Source of the DNA: Clostridia bacterium
Lineage (GTDB): Bacteria > Bacillota > Clostridia > Oscillospirales > CAG-272
Assembly: GCA_017410065.1 (NCBI GenBank)
Contig: JAFQRL010000004.1
Location: 5,856-69,855 of the forward strand
DNA length: 64,000 bases
Direction of reading: 5' to 3'
Shown here one piece after another: positions 8,848-17,533 of this stretch. Both the position numbers and the translations under genes were made by a program. The notes under the pieces are model-generated. The model made no database searches, was not told where the DNA came from, and was given only the letters and a program-made list of their open reading frames with translations. How positions within the stretch are numbered: the first letter of the stretch is position 1; every line of letters starts with the position of its first letter.

Positions 8848-11091
8848 CTACACCGTGAGGGGATTAAGGTCGATAGAGAGGGTCGCGTCGCGCACCGAGG
8901 AGAACTCGCAGAGCATCTCGTGGAAGAGACGGCGGGATCTTTTCGTGAGCTTGCATTTAACCACCACTCTCATTCTGTATTTTTCGTTAAGCTTATATAC
9001 CTGTGCTTCAAAGGGACCGAAGACCACAAAGGGTAGATCGGAATATTCCCCTTCAAGCTTTTTTATCATTTTTTCGGACAGCTCACCTGCATAGTGCCTT
9101 GCCGTCTCCTCACCGTCCGCAGTTACCGTTAGGGCGACCATATCGCAAAACGGCGGATATGAAAGCTCGCGGCGAAGGGCTATCTCGCCCTCGTAGAAGC
9201 GGTCGTAGTCCTGGGCACAGGCGAGGCGGATGACCTCGTTATGGGGCGCATAGGTCTGAATGACGGCGATACCGTTTTCGGATGCTCTGCCCGCTCTGCC
9301 GATGACCTGGCAAAGAAGCGAGAAGGTGCGCTCCGAGGCGCGGAAGTCGCTGACGAAAAGCGAGGTGTCCGCAAGAGCCACGCCAACGAGAGTGACCTTC
9401 GGGAAATCGTGCCCCTTTGCCACCATTTGAGTGCCAAGAAGGATATCCGCTTTCAAGGCGCGGAAGTCCTCAAGCATTTTGTCGTAGGCCAGCTTGCCTT
9501 GGGTGGTGTCTGCGTCCATACGCATAACCGTCATATCGGGGAGAAATCTGCCGAGCTCGCCCTCAAGCTTCTGCGTTCCGAAGCCGAGGAAGGAGAGCTT
9601 TTCCGAGCCGCATCCCGAGCAGGTCCTTGGTACGCGCTCGGTGTAGCCGCAAAGATGGCAGAGCATTTTGCCCCCTCTGTCGTTTGAATGATAGGTGAGG
9701 GAGACCGAGCATCTCGGGCAGGTGACTACCTGACCGCAGCTTTTACAGCTGATCTCGGAGGAATAGCCTCGCCTGTTTAAGAAGATGATCGCCTGCTCCT
9801 CGTTTTCGTATACCTCGCGCAAAGACGAGAGAAGGCGGTCGCTGATGGGCGTGGAGTTGCCGAGCCTCATTTCCTCACGCATATCCACGATATAAGCCGT
9901 CGGAAGCTTTGCGCCGCCGTACCGTCTGCGGAGAGGAATAAGGGTATATGAGCCGGACTCGGCTTTATAGAAGCTTTCAAGAGATGGGGTCGCGGAGGCA
10001 AGCAGCATAAGAGCCGAATGCTCGGCGCATCTGAATGCGGCAACGTCTCTTGCGTGGTATTTGGGATCGGACTCGGATTTATAGGTGTGCTCGTGCTCCT
10101 CGTCTATAACGATAAGCCCGATGTTTTCAAGAGGGGCGAAGATGGCAGAGCGGGTACCGATAACAAGATCCACCTCGCCTCGCCTTATCCTTCTCCAGGC
10201 ATCAAGCCGCTCTCCTTTGGAGAGCGAGGAATGGATCACAGCCACTCTCTCGCCGTATCTGCGGCAGAAGATGCTGACCGTTTGCGGCGTGAGGGATATT
10301 TCGGGAACAAGCATTATAACCGTTTTCTTATCCTCAAGCACGCGGTCTATAAGGCGCATTATGACCTTGGTTTTTCCGCTTCCCGTCACTCCGTAAAGAA
10401 GCGCGGCGCGAGCCTTATCGTCAAGATACAGGCCCTCGGCGGTGTTATATGCCCCGAGTTGCTCCTCGGAGAGGACGATCTCGGAGGTATCTCTTTCCTT
10501 TGCATACTCCGCATAAGGGTTGCGTATTTCCTCGAAGGAGGAAATTTCAATAATTTTCTTATCCGAGAGAGCCTTGATATGAGCGGAGCTGACACCCGGA
10601 AGACAACGGATGAGCTCCGAATCCGCAGAGCCCTTATCCATAAGAAATCTGATTATCTCTCTTTGCCCCTCGCTTCTTATCCCTGCTCTGCCTGTGGCGA
10701 CCATAAGGGTTGCCGCCGCCTCTCTTGTGATAAGGAGGTTGCAGGTCCTGCGAAGCTTCACGTTTGGAGTTTCGGCAAGTGCCCCCGGAGGAAGCACGCA
10801 CCTGACCGCCTCGCCGAAGGTGCAAAGGGTATACTCCTTCATAAAGGAGCAGAGCTTGAGCATCTCGGGAGAAAGCTCATATTTTTCGGTGAGCACGGTG
10901 CGAATACTTTTTATTCCATCGGTGCTCTCGGGAGGCGCGGAAAGCTCGGTGACAACGCCGTAGCGCAGACGGTCTGCCTTGCCGAAGGGCACTCGCACAA
11001 GCGAGCCGACGTGCACCTCTCCCTCCGAAAGATAATCAAAGGGGCGGTCTATGTGATATGGCGCGTCAAGAATATAAACCTTACAAAGCAT
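8848..11091 (-). CDS. priA: primosomal replication restart helicase PriA
   Basis: Walker A GVTGSGKT, DEEH box, Cys-rich insertion CKSCG...CPRC...CHLCG...CSGCG. The start is set at MLCKVY (ATG 11091) behind GGGGAGG. The ORF-track start at 11124 lacks an RBS. Confidence 0.9.
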   Translation of the reverse strand: MLCKVYILDAPYHIDRPFDYLSEGEVHVGSLVRVPFGKADRLRYGVVTELSAPPESTDGIKSIRTVLTEKYELSPEMLKLCSFMKEYTLCTFGEAVRCVLPPGALAETPNVKLRRTCNLLITREAAATLMVATGRAGIRSEGQREIIRFLMDKGSADSELIRCLPGVSSAHIKALSDKKIIEISSFEEIRNPYAEYAKERDTSEIVLSEEQLGAYNTAEGLYLDDKARAALLYGVTGSGKTKVIMRLIDRVLEDKKTVIMLVPEISLTPQTVSIFCRRYGERVAVIHSSLSKGERLDAWRRIRRGEVDLVIGTRSAIFAPLENIGLIVIDEEHEHTYKSESDPKYHARDVAAFRCAEHSALMLLASATPSLESFYKAESGSYTLIPLRRRYGGAKLPTAYIVDMREEMRLGNSTPISDRLLSSLREVYENEEQAIIFLNRRGYSSEISCKSCGQVVTCPRCSVSLTYHSNDRGGKMLCHLCGYTERVPRTCSGCGSEKLSFLGFGTQKLEGELGRFLPDMTVMRMDADTTQGKLAYDKMLEDFRALKADILLGTQMVAKGHDFPKVTLVGVALADTSLFVSDFRASERTFSLLCQVIGRAGRASENGIAVIQTYAPHNEVIRLACAQDYDRFYEGEIALRRELSYPPFCDMVALTVTADGEETARHYAGELSEKMIKKLEGEYSDLPFVVFGPFEAQVYKLNEKYRMRVVVKCKLTKRSRRLFHEMLCEFSSVRDATLSIDLNPLTV

Positions 11092-11227
11092 AGCACAGCC
11101 TCCCCTTTCCCGATAATTTTGCATTTTTGCCGCCGCAACGCACCTCTTATGGTCGCATAGGACGGCTCACCTCGCGCAAGGGCGCGAGGCGTTATCTTTT
11201 ATACTTATAATGAAGCTCGTCAAAATC

Positions 11228-11350
11228 AGAGCTCACCAAAGTAAGTGCTCACCAAAGCAAGTGCTCACCAAAGCAAGAGCTCGCCAAAGTAAGTGCTCAC
11301 CAAAGTAAGAGCTCACCAAATTCAGAGCTCGTTAAGATCAGAGCTCGATT
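11228..11350. repeat. 16-bp tandem repeat, 7-8 copies (GCTCACCAAAGTAAGT-like)
   Basis: GCTC phase recurs at 11231, 11247, 11263, 11279, 11295, 11311, 11327 and 11343. The array runs into the last codons and stop of rpoZ. Confidence 0.85.
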
Positions 11351-11619
11351 CCCTTCTTCTCGGAGGGATGACGAAGCTTAAAGCGACCCTCCTCAAGCTG
11401 AGCGATAGCAAGCTTAACAGCCTTCTTATCCTTATACTCGGGGTCGATAAGTGCGGCGAGAGTCTTTTCGGTCTCGTGGTTATCGATCATCTTCTGAGCC
11501 TTTGTTCTCATCTCGATGTACTCATCCGTTACGATGCGAGCGCACTTTGCCACGCCGATAACAAGCTCGTAGCGATTGAATCTGCCTTCTGTGAGTTGGT
11601 CAACTGTTGGGTAAATCAT
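11338..11619 (-). CDS. rpoZ: DNA-directed RNA polymerase subunit omega
   Basis: MIYPTVDQLTEGRFNRYELVIGVAKCARIV matches the Firmicutes omega pattern. The position upstream of priA is as in B. subtilis. Confidence 0.8.
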   Translation of the reverse strand: MIYPTVDQLTEGRFNRYELVIGVAKCARIVTDEYIEMRTKAQKMIDNHETEKTLAALIDPEYKDKKAVKLAIAQLEEGRFKLRHPSEKKGIEL

Positions 11620-11757
11620 ATTGTTCTCCTTTTCCGTTTCGCGGAAGTTAATTATAATCGTTTTAAAAAATTTATATTTTAGGTAAAAGCTTAAATCTAA
11701 AAGCTTAAACTTAAAAGCTCATAAGCCGAATTAATAAGCGCGGGATGCCCGAGGTAA

Positions 11758-12027
11758 TTACTCCTCGTCCTCCTCCTCGGTTGCGCTGTCGTCTTCATTA
11801 GCAAGACGGTTGGTTATCGTCTCGGTCTGTATTGCCGAGAGGATCACGTGCTCCGAATCGGTGATTATCACCGAGCGCGTGCGTCTGCCGCAGGAAACGT
11901 CGATCACTCTGCCGTCGTCCTTGGCATCTCTGACGAGCCTCTTGATGGGCTCCGAATCGGGCGAAGCTATCGCAACTATGCGCCCCGCCGATACCATATT
12001 TCCAAATCCTATATTAATGAATTTCAA
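11758..12027 (-). CDS. remA: RemA/YlzA (DUF370) biofilm regulator family protein
   Basis: [31 protein letters not shown]...[25 protein letters not shown] is the RemA signature. The start is set at TTG 12027 behind GGAG. The ORF-track N-terminal extension is unlikely. Confidence 0.8.
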   Translation of the reverse strand: MKFINIGFGNMVSAGRIVAIASPDSEPIKRLVRDAKDDGRVIDVSCGRRTRSVIITDSEHVILSAIQTETITNRLANEDDSATEEEDEE

Positions 12028-12104
12028 AATTGTTTCTCCGATTTTGATTATTTTTTTAAATGGTTTTCTAAAAATTTCGGGATACTTTATCAAAACAAAT
12101 CACG

Positions 12105-12405
12105 CTCCCCTTTTTGAGGGATTTTTGGAATTGCTTTACTAAAGTAAACCGCAAATCTACCACCGTATAAAACCAAACTTAACACCCTTTTTGAGGGATT
12201 TTGGGATGAGAAGCTTCGTTTAATGACCGCCGTATAATATTAAACATTACACCCCTTTTCGAGGGATTTTTGGATGAGAAGCTTCGTTTAACGACCGTCA
12301 GGCGTATATGAATACGTCGAGGTCGTTAAACGGAGGTAGGAATTACCGCTTTGATAATAATCAGCCCACGAAAACTAATTACGGGTATAATAATTCCGGT
12401 CTCGC
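12105..12405. repeat. intergenic repeat block: three copies of CCYTTTTGAGGGATTTTTGG(ATGAGAAGCTTCGTTTAAYGACCG), then nested-hairpin element copy A (12273-12405)
   Basis: Copies start near 12107, 12183 and 12250. Copy A is about 90 percent identical by eye to 34558-34690. Confidence 0.8.
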
Positions 12406-12431
12406 CAAAAAGCACCGAAAATCGCCGAAAA

Positions 12432-13319
12432 TTATTCTAGGTTCTGCACCTGCTCCCTTATCTTCTCAATCTCCCCCTTCATATCCACCACCACTCTTGC
12501 TATCTGCGCGTTATTGCACTTTGAGCCGATGGTGTTGGTTTCGCGGTTAAGCTCCTGAACGAGGAAATCAAGCTTTCTGCCCGAGGGCTCGGGAGAGCCT
12601 GCTATTTCGTAGAAGGCGGTGAAGTGAGAGCGAAGCCTTACGAGCTCCTCATCAATGGCGATCTTATCAGCCCAGATGGCGCACTCGGTGAGAAGTCGGT
12701 TTTCGTCTACTGTCACGTCGCTTGAATCAAGTATCTGGCGGATGCGAGCCTCAAGCTTATCTCTATATCCCACGTTGTCCTCGCGGGAAAGCTGCTCAAC
12801 GCGGTCGGCATAGGAACGGATAAGCTCGATCTTGCCCTTGATATCGGAGCCGATCTTCTCGCCCTCCGCCTCGCGCATCTTCACGTAATCGGCAATGGCG
12901 AGATCAAGCACCGCGCGGAAGGTCTCCCACTCTGCGTCAAGGTCTGCCTCAGCTTTTTCGTGAGTGAAGATATCCTGGTTTCTTGCAACCGTCATAACGC
13001 TGATATCGTCCTTCAAGCCGTACTCGGTGTTGAGGCGGCGAAGGGCGGCAAGGTAGCTTTCAAGGTACGCGGTATCAAGTCCAACACTTCCAACGCCCGA
13101 GGTGTGGTCGTCTACGGTAACGAAAACGTCCACCTTTGCGCGGGAGGTAGCGGTCCTCTTTACGTGATCCTTGATCTTTTCCTCAAGGAAGATATATGCT
13201 CTCGGGAGCTTGACGTTACAGTCGAAAAATCTTGAGTTCACGCTCTTAAGCTCTATCGTGATGTCCTTCTCGGCGCCCTCAAGCTTTGCTCTGCCAAAGG
13301 CAGTCATACTCTTCATCAT
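12432..13319 (-). CDS. YicC/YloC-family stress-induced endoribonuclease-like protein
   Basis: MKSMTAFGRA N-terminus, C-terminal DUF1732-like NRETNTIGSK motif. Lies next to remA as in the B. subtilis yloC-ylzA pair. Confidence 0.85.
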   Translation of the reverse strand: MMKSMTAFGRAKLEGAEKDITIELKSVNSRFFDCNVKLPRAYIFLEEKIKDHVKRTATSRAKVDVFVTVDDHTSGVGSVGLDTAYLESYLAALRRLNTEYGLKDDISVMTVARNQDIFTHEKAEADLDAEWETFRAVLDLAIADYVKMREAEGEKIGSDIKGKIELIRSYADRVEQLSREDNVGYRDKLEARIRQILDSSDVTVDENRLLTECAIWADKIAIDEELVRLRSHFTAFYEIAGSPEPSGRKLDFLVQELNRETNTIGSKCNNAQIARVVVDMKGEIEKIREQVQNLE

Positions 13320-13798
13320 TTTTCTCCGTCTCCCTTCTCTGCGACCTTTTTCCTTGTGCGACGGGAGAGCGACTTGATCTCCGCCATAAATGAATCGATA
13401 TCCTGGTATTCTCTGTATACCGAGGCAAAGCGTATGTATGAGATCATATCAATTTCCTTAAGCCTTGCAAGAACAAGCTCGCCAATATCCTTTGCGCTGA
13501 TCTCGGTGACGATAGCGTTCTGAAGCTCGCTCTCGATAGATGCGGCAATAGCATCCGAATCAACGGGGCGCTTCTGGCAGGCTCTCTGAATACCGAGAGA
13601 TAGCTTATGCTTATCAAAGAACTCACGGCGACCGTCTCGCTTAACGACGGCGATCGGTACCGTGTCCACCACCTCATAGGTGGTAAATCTCTTGCCGCAG
13701 GCGGGACATTCGCGGCGGCGCTTTATGCTTGAGCCCTCGTCCACGGGGCGGGAATCCAAAACGCGGGAATCCTGAAAATTACATACAGGACACTTCAT
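13316..13798 (-). CDS. nrdR: transcriptional repressor NrdR
   Basis: MKCPVCNFQDSRVLDSRP zinc ribbon (CxxC...CxxC), followed by an ATP-cone. Confidence 0.9.
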   Translation of the reverse strand: MKCPVCNFQDSRVLDSRPVDEGSSIKRRRECPACGKRFTTYEVVDTVPIAVVKRDGRREFFDKHKLSLGIQRACQKRPVDSDAIAASIESELQNAIVTEISAKDIGELVLARLKEIDMISYIRFASVYREYQDIDSFMAEIKSLSRRTRKKVAEKGDGEK

Positions 13799-13953
13799 CG
13801 TGTGCCTCCATTTATATTATTATTCATATTATTTTAACACACGCGCGAGAATTTGTAAAGACCTTGCGTAAAAGTTTTAAATATTTTTACAAATTCCGCG
13901 CTCTCCTCATCTCGCGTTTTTTATAATTCGCCTCCACCGTTTGATTCGCGCGC

Positions 13954-13998
13954 AAAAAAAACGGCGTGCCGCCCAAGGGAAATGGGAGCGGCACACCG
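13954..13998 (-). terminator. intrinsic terminator downstream of the MATE gene
   Basis: Minus strand reads CGGTGTGCCGC-loop-GCGGCACGCCG followed by TTTTTTTT. Confidence 0.7.
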
Positions 13999-14125
13999 CT
14001 TGCGAAATTTCGGATTAAAGGAATAAATGCTGATTTACTTTTCGCTTCGTTTTTCGTTTTTGGAAAAGCGGCCGTGGCTATCATTTTCACCAAAAAATCG
14101 GCAATTTGCAAACAACTATTTACTT

Positions 14126-15517
14126 TCAGATGCTTTTTCCGAGGCTTCTTAAGCCTTTGTTGTGGGTGTATTTATAGGTCATAATCATTACGACAATGAA
14201 TATGGCGACGCAAGTTACGACCCAGGATATGGGGTAGCAGATCCAAAGCATAAAGGGAGTTTGGTTGAAGGGATACACCGCCGTCATCCAAACGATCCTG
14301 AATGCGCAAACGCCAACGAGATTTGAGATCATCTGCACTATGGTGTAGCCATAAGCCTGGAGCGCGCCCGCATTGACGTTCATTATACCGTTGATCACCG
14401 CGACACTCATTATGATTGTGAGACGAAGCTGTGCAAATTCTATTGCCTCGGTTGCACCAGGGATAAAGAGCCAAAGGAGCTCTCTGCCGAGAGCGATTAT
14501 CGCAACGGTGTATACGGACATAAGAGCCGTTACCGAAAGGTATGCAGTCTTAAGCACCTTACCGACGCGCTCTCTGTTGCCCGCGCCGATATTCTGACCG
14601 ACAAAGGCTACGACCGCCGCCATAAAGGAATTATTTATTGCGTAAAGGTACGCCTCAATGGATGTGGAGGCGGCACTGCCCGCCATTCCTACCTTACCGA
14701 ATGCATTGATCGCTGGGGTGATTATAAGGTTGGTTAAGCTGAAGCTGACGCCCGATATAACCGATGGGATACCGTACTTTATGGTTTTCAGGAATACGGA
14801 AAGGTTAAAGGAGAACTTCAAGGGGTGAAGCCTGCAAGCATCGTTCATTCTGCACATATAGATGAAGAACAGGACTGCGGATAGGTACATTGAAACAATG
14901 GTTGCGATTGCAACGCTGGCAACGGGGTCCCTGAAAAGAAGGGTGAAGATAACGTTGAAGATAACGTTTACGATGCCCGAAAGGCTGAAAACGAGGAAGG
15001 GCGTGCGTGAGTCTCCCGCCGTCCTGATGACGGATGCGGCAAAATTCATAAACATCGACGCGGGGATTCCTATAAAATAAATGCGAAGATATTTCATAGC
15101 CCCGGGTAAAATTTCCTCAGGGCAGGCTGTTAAGAGAAGCATAGGTCTTGCGAGCAGCTCACCGACCAGAGTTATAATCAAGCCCATTGCAAGAGCGACT
15201 ATGTAGGTGGTGGAGACGATCTTCTTGAGCATTGCATCGTCCCCCGCTCCCTTACTGCGCGCAACAAGGATATTCGTGCCGACGAAAATGTTGATGAATA
15301 CGGCAACGAGAATATTGATTATCGCTGACGTAGCTCCAACGGCGGCAAGAGCGGCATCGCCGCCAAATTGACCGACGACGATATTATCAGCTGTGGTATA
15401 AAGCTGCTGAAGAACGCCTGTGAAAATTATCGGGAGAGAAAACTTTATGAGCTCGGGGAGTATGGGGCCCGAGAGCATATTGACCGATTTCATATGGGAA
15501 CGCTTGCTCATTAACAT
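14126..15517 (-). CDS. MATE-family efflux transporter
   Basis: 463 aa, about 12 TM segments. The N-terminal LPIIFTGVLQQLYTTADNIVVGQ is typical of MatE. Confidence 0.85.
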   Translation of the reverse strand: MLMSKRSHMKSVNMLSGPILPELIKFSLPIIFTGVLQQLYTTADNIVVGQFGGDAALAAVGATSAIINILVAVFINIFVGTNILVARSKGAGDDAMLKKIVSTTYIVALAMGLIITLVGELLARPMLLLTACPEEILPGAMKYLRIYFIGIPASMFMNFAASVIRTAGDSRTPFLVFSLSGIVNVIFNVIFTLLFRDPVASVAIATIVSMYLSAVLFFIYMCRMNDACRLHPLKFSFNLSVFLKTIKYGIPSVISGVSFSLTNLIITPAINAFGKVGMAGSAASTSIEAYLYAINNSFMAAVVAFVGQNIGAGNRERVGKVLKTAYLSVTALMSVYTVAIIALGRELLWLFIPGATEAIEFAQLRLTIIMSVAVINGIMNVNAGALQAYGYTIVQMISNLVGVCAFRIVWMTAVYPFNQTPFMLWICYPISWVVTCVAIFIVVMIMTYKYTHNKGLRSLGKSI

Positions 15518-15647
15518 AGTCTAAAACCTCTTTTGCCCTTGAAGGGGATGAACGCTATCACCATTTTACGCCTTTGCGCCCATAAAGTCAAGTCATTTCC
15601 AAATTTATTTTTTATTTTATACAAATTTATTTTTTATTTTATAAAAA

Positions 15648-16427
15648 CTACGCAAGATAAATATGAATATAAATTCCCACCCATTGCACGGCAGCTCCTG
15701 CAAGGACGAAGAAGTGCCAGATAAAATGAGCAACCTTCATCTTTATCATATACGGAATAATGCCCAGAGTGTATATAACACCGCCCGCCAATATCCACAT
15801 CGCAAGAGCGAAGGACTTGCCGATAAGCCAAGGCATCAGCATAAGAGCGGACCAGCCGAGAATAACGTATAAGGGAATATGAATGAAGCGGAATCTTGCG
15901 GGACCGAAAACGCCGACAAGAACTATGCCGAAGGCTATGACCGCCCATTGAATAATAAAGAACACAGTGCCGAAGGTGCCGCCCACAACGTTAAGAAGCG
16001 AGGGGGCGAAGGTCGCGCCGATCAGAAGATATATTCCCGTGTAGTCAAAGCGGCGGAAAAGTCTTTTTGCCGCGGTGCCATGAGGGAGTGCGTGGTAAAG
16101 ACAGCTTGCCGTGAACATCCACAAAAGTCCGCCAAAGTATATCGATGCGCCAGCAATTTCGCCTGCGGTCTTCGACGAATAAAGCATTAAGGCAAAGGCG
16201 ATGACCGCGAATATTATGCCAACGCCGTGAGTTAGGGAGTTACCTATTTCATTGAGGATAGATCTCTTTGGGGGATCCTTCGGCAGCGGCTTTCCCTGTT
16301 TAATAAGGAGCTCGCACCTTTCTCTTTTATATCTTGCCTTTGCCAAGCGCACGTTTGCGCGGCAGAGTCTTTTTGCCGATCTTACCGTTCCGTGCAGCTC
16401 CTCTTTGATGATCCTTTCTTCGCTCAT
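15648..16427 (-). CDS. hemolysin III / PAQR-family membrane protein
   Basis: NSLTHGVG, YHALPH and the C-terminal FIWHFFVLAGAAVQW motif. The start is set at MSEERI (ATG 16427) behind GAGGAGG. Confidence 0.8.
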   Translation of the reverse strand: MSEERIIKEELHGTVRSAKRLCRANVRLAKARYKRERCELLIKQGKPLPKDPPKRSILNEIGNSLTHGVGIIFAVIAFALMLYSSKTAGEIAGASIYFGGLLWMFTASCLYHALPHGTAAKRLFRRFDYTGIYLLIGATFAPSLLNVVGGTFGTVFFIIQWAVIAFGIVLVGVFGPARFRFIHIPLYVILGWSALMLMPWLIGKSFALAMWILAGGVIYTLGIIPYMIKMKVAHFIWHFFVLAGAAVQWVGIYIHIYLA

Positions 16428-16709
16428 TGCTATACCTCCTCGGAATTTTTTTGCAAGCATATTATAACCCGAGAAGCATATTTTGTCACCCTAAAGAGGA
16501 GGGTCGGGGGTCGAAAACAAATTCAGTGCCACTCTACCGTGGGTAGAATGACACTAGAATGTAAAGTATAGTTAGCGAATATTGGGGAGATTTTATTGGA
16601 AATCGCAAAAAACAAAATATAATGGCGAAGATCCTCCCCTTAACTTAAGTTGAACACTTCTAAAGCTATATAAATTCACGCTATTTCCCGAAATCTCGCT
16701 CACAAAGTG

Positions 16710-17111
16710 CTACCCAAGCCAGAACACGAAGTTATCACCGCCGCCGTCGGTCGGGGTGATAAGTCGCGGGCTTCTCTCCCGTCTTACTGTGAGTGTGGTG
16801 ATCTCGGTGATTCCGCCCGTCTCTCGCCACTCTTCAAGATGCTTATCAAGGCTTACTGTGATACTGTCTTCGGTTATCGCCGTCACGGTGATGCTCACAA
16901 AATACGAGCCGTTTGCTCTGCCCGCAGGCAGGTCGTAGACCTCACCTACCTCAGGATCATCGTAGTAGACCAGGTACGGCTCGGAGCCTTCACAGCCCGA
17001 GATATGAGTGACCTCCACCCAAAGTCCAAGGGTCTTCCCTTCCTCTTTTACGCAAGAAAAAAGATTAAAGAATATTAGCGGAATTGTCAGTAAGAGAAAC
17101 AGCTTTTTCAT
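16710..17111 (-). CDS. small lipoprotein, function unknown
   Basis: MKKLFLLLTIPLIFFNLFSC signal peptide with a lipobox-like cysteine. AAAGGAG RBS before ATG 17111. Confidence 0.6.
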   Translation of the reverse strand: MKKLFLLLTIPLIFFNLFSCVKEEGKTLGLWVEVTHISGCEGSEPYLVYYDDPEVGEVYDLPAGRANGSYFVSITVTAITEDSITVSLDKHLEEWRETGGITEITTLTVRRERSPRLITPTDGGGDNFVFWLG

Positions 17112-17267
17112 TTTTCGTCTCCTTTTTGTGTTATTTCTTTCTACTTCAATACACGCAAAATAACGAATCAAGGTCACGGCTTTATCGTTTTTTCGTGCGA
17201 TAGGCGTAATTTGAAACAGGTGAGGAGATGCCGATGAGCTTGGGTTTGGGATTAACCGTATGAAAAA

Positions 17268-17320
17268 TCAAATAAAATACAAAAGAAAGAGCGCACCTCG
17301 GACTTTGCCGAGATGCGCTC
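17268..17320 (-). terminator. intrinsic terminator (GAGCGCA-CTCGG ... CCGAG-TGCGCTC followed by a U-rich run)
   Basis: Minus strand: hairpin followed by TTTCTTTTGTATTTTATTT. Lies between the island and the lipoprotein gene. Confidence 0.65.
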
Positions 17321-17387
17321 TCCGATCGATGATAAATATATCATACGACGGGTTCAACTTTTGACTCCTGCAAAAAAGTTTATCCTA

Positions 17388-17505
17388 TCAAGAACAAAAA
17401 GAAAAGCCGCTACATAACGGCACAATTTACAGATTATATCTGCTTGTAATCGTTATATAGCGACTTAAGTCGTATTTCTTTTAATTGTAAATGTAACGGC
17501 TTTTT
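17388..17505 (-). terminator. long imperfect inverted repeat plus U-run downstream of the GHKL gene
   Basis: Arms AAAAGCCGCTACAT..ATTTACA (17402-17431) and TGTAAATGTAACGGCTTTTT (17486-17505). Inner 12-bp palindrome CGACTTAAGTCG. The minus strand ends in UUUUCUUUUUGUU. Confidence 0.5.
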
Positions 17506-17533
17506 AGATCATCAACATATTTATCCTTAACAC

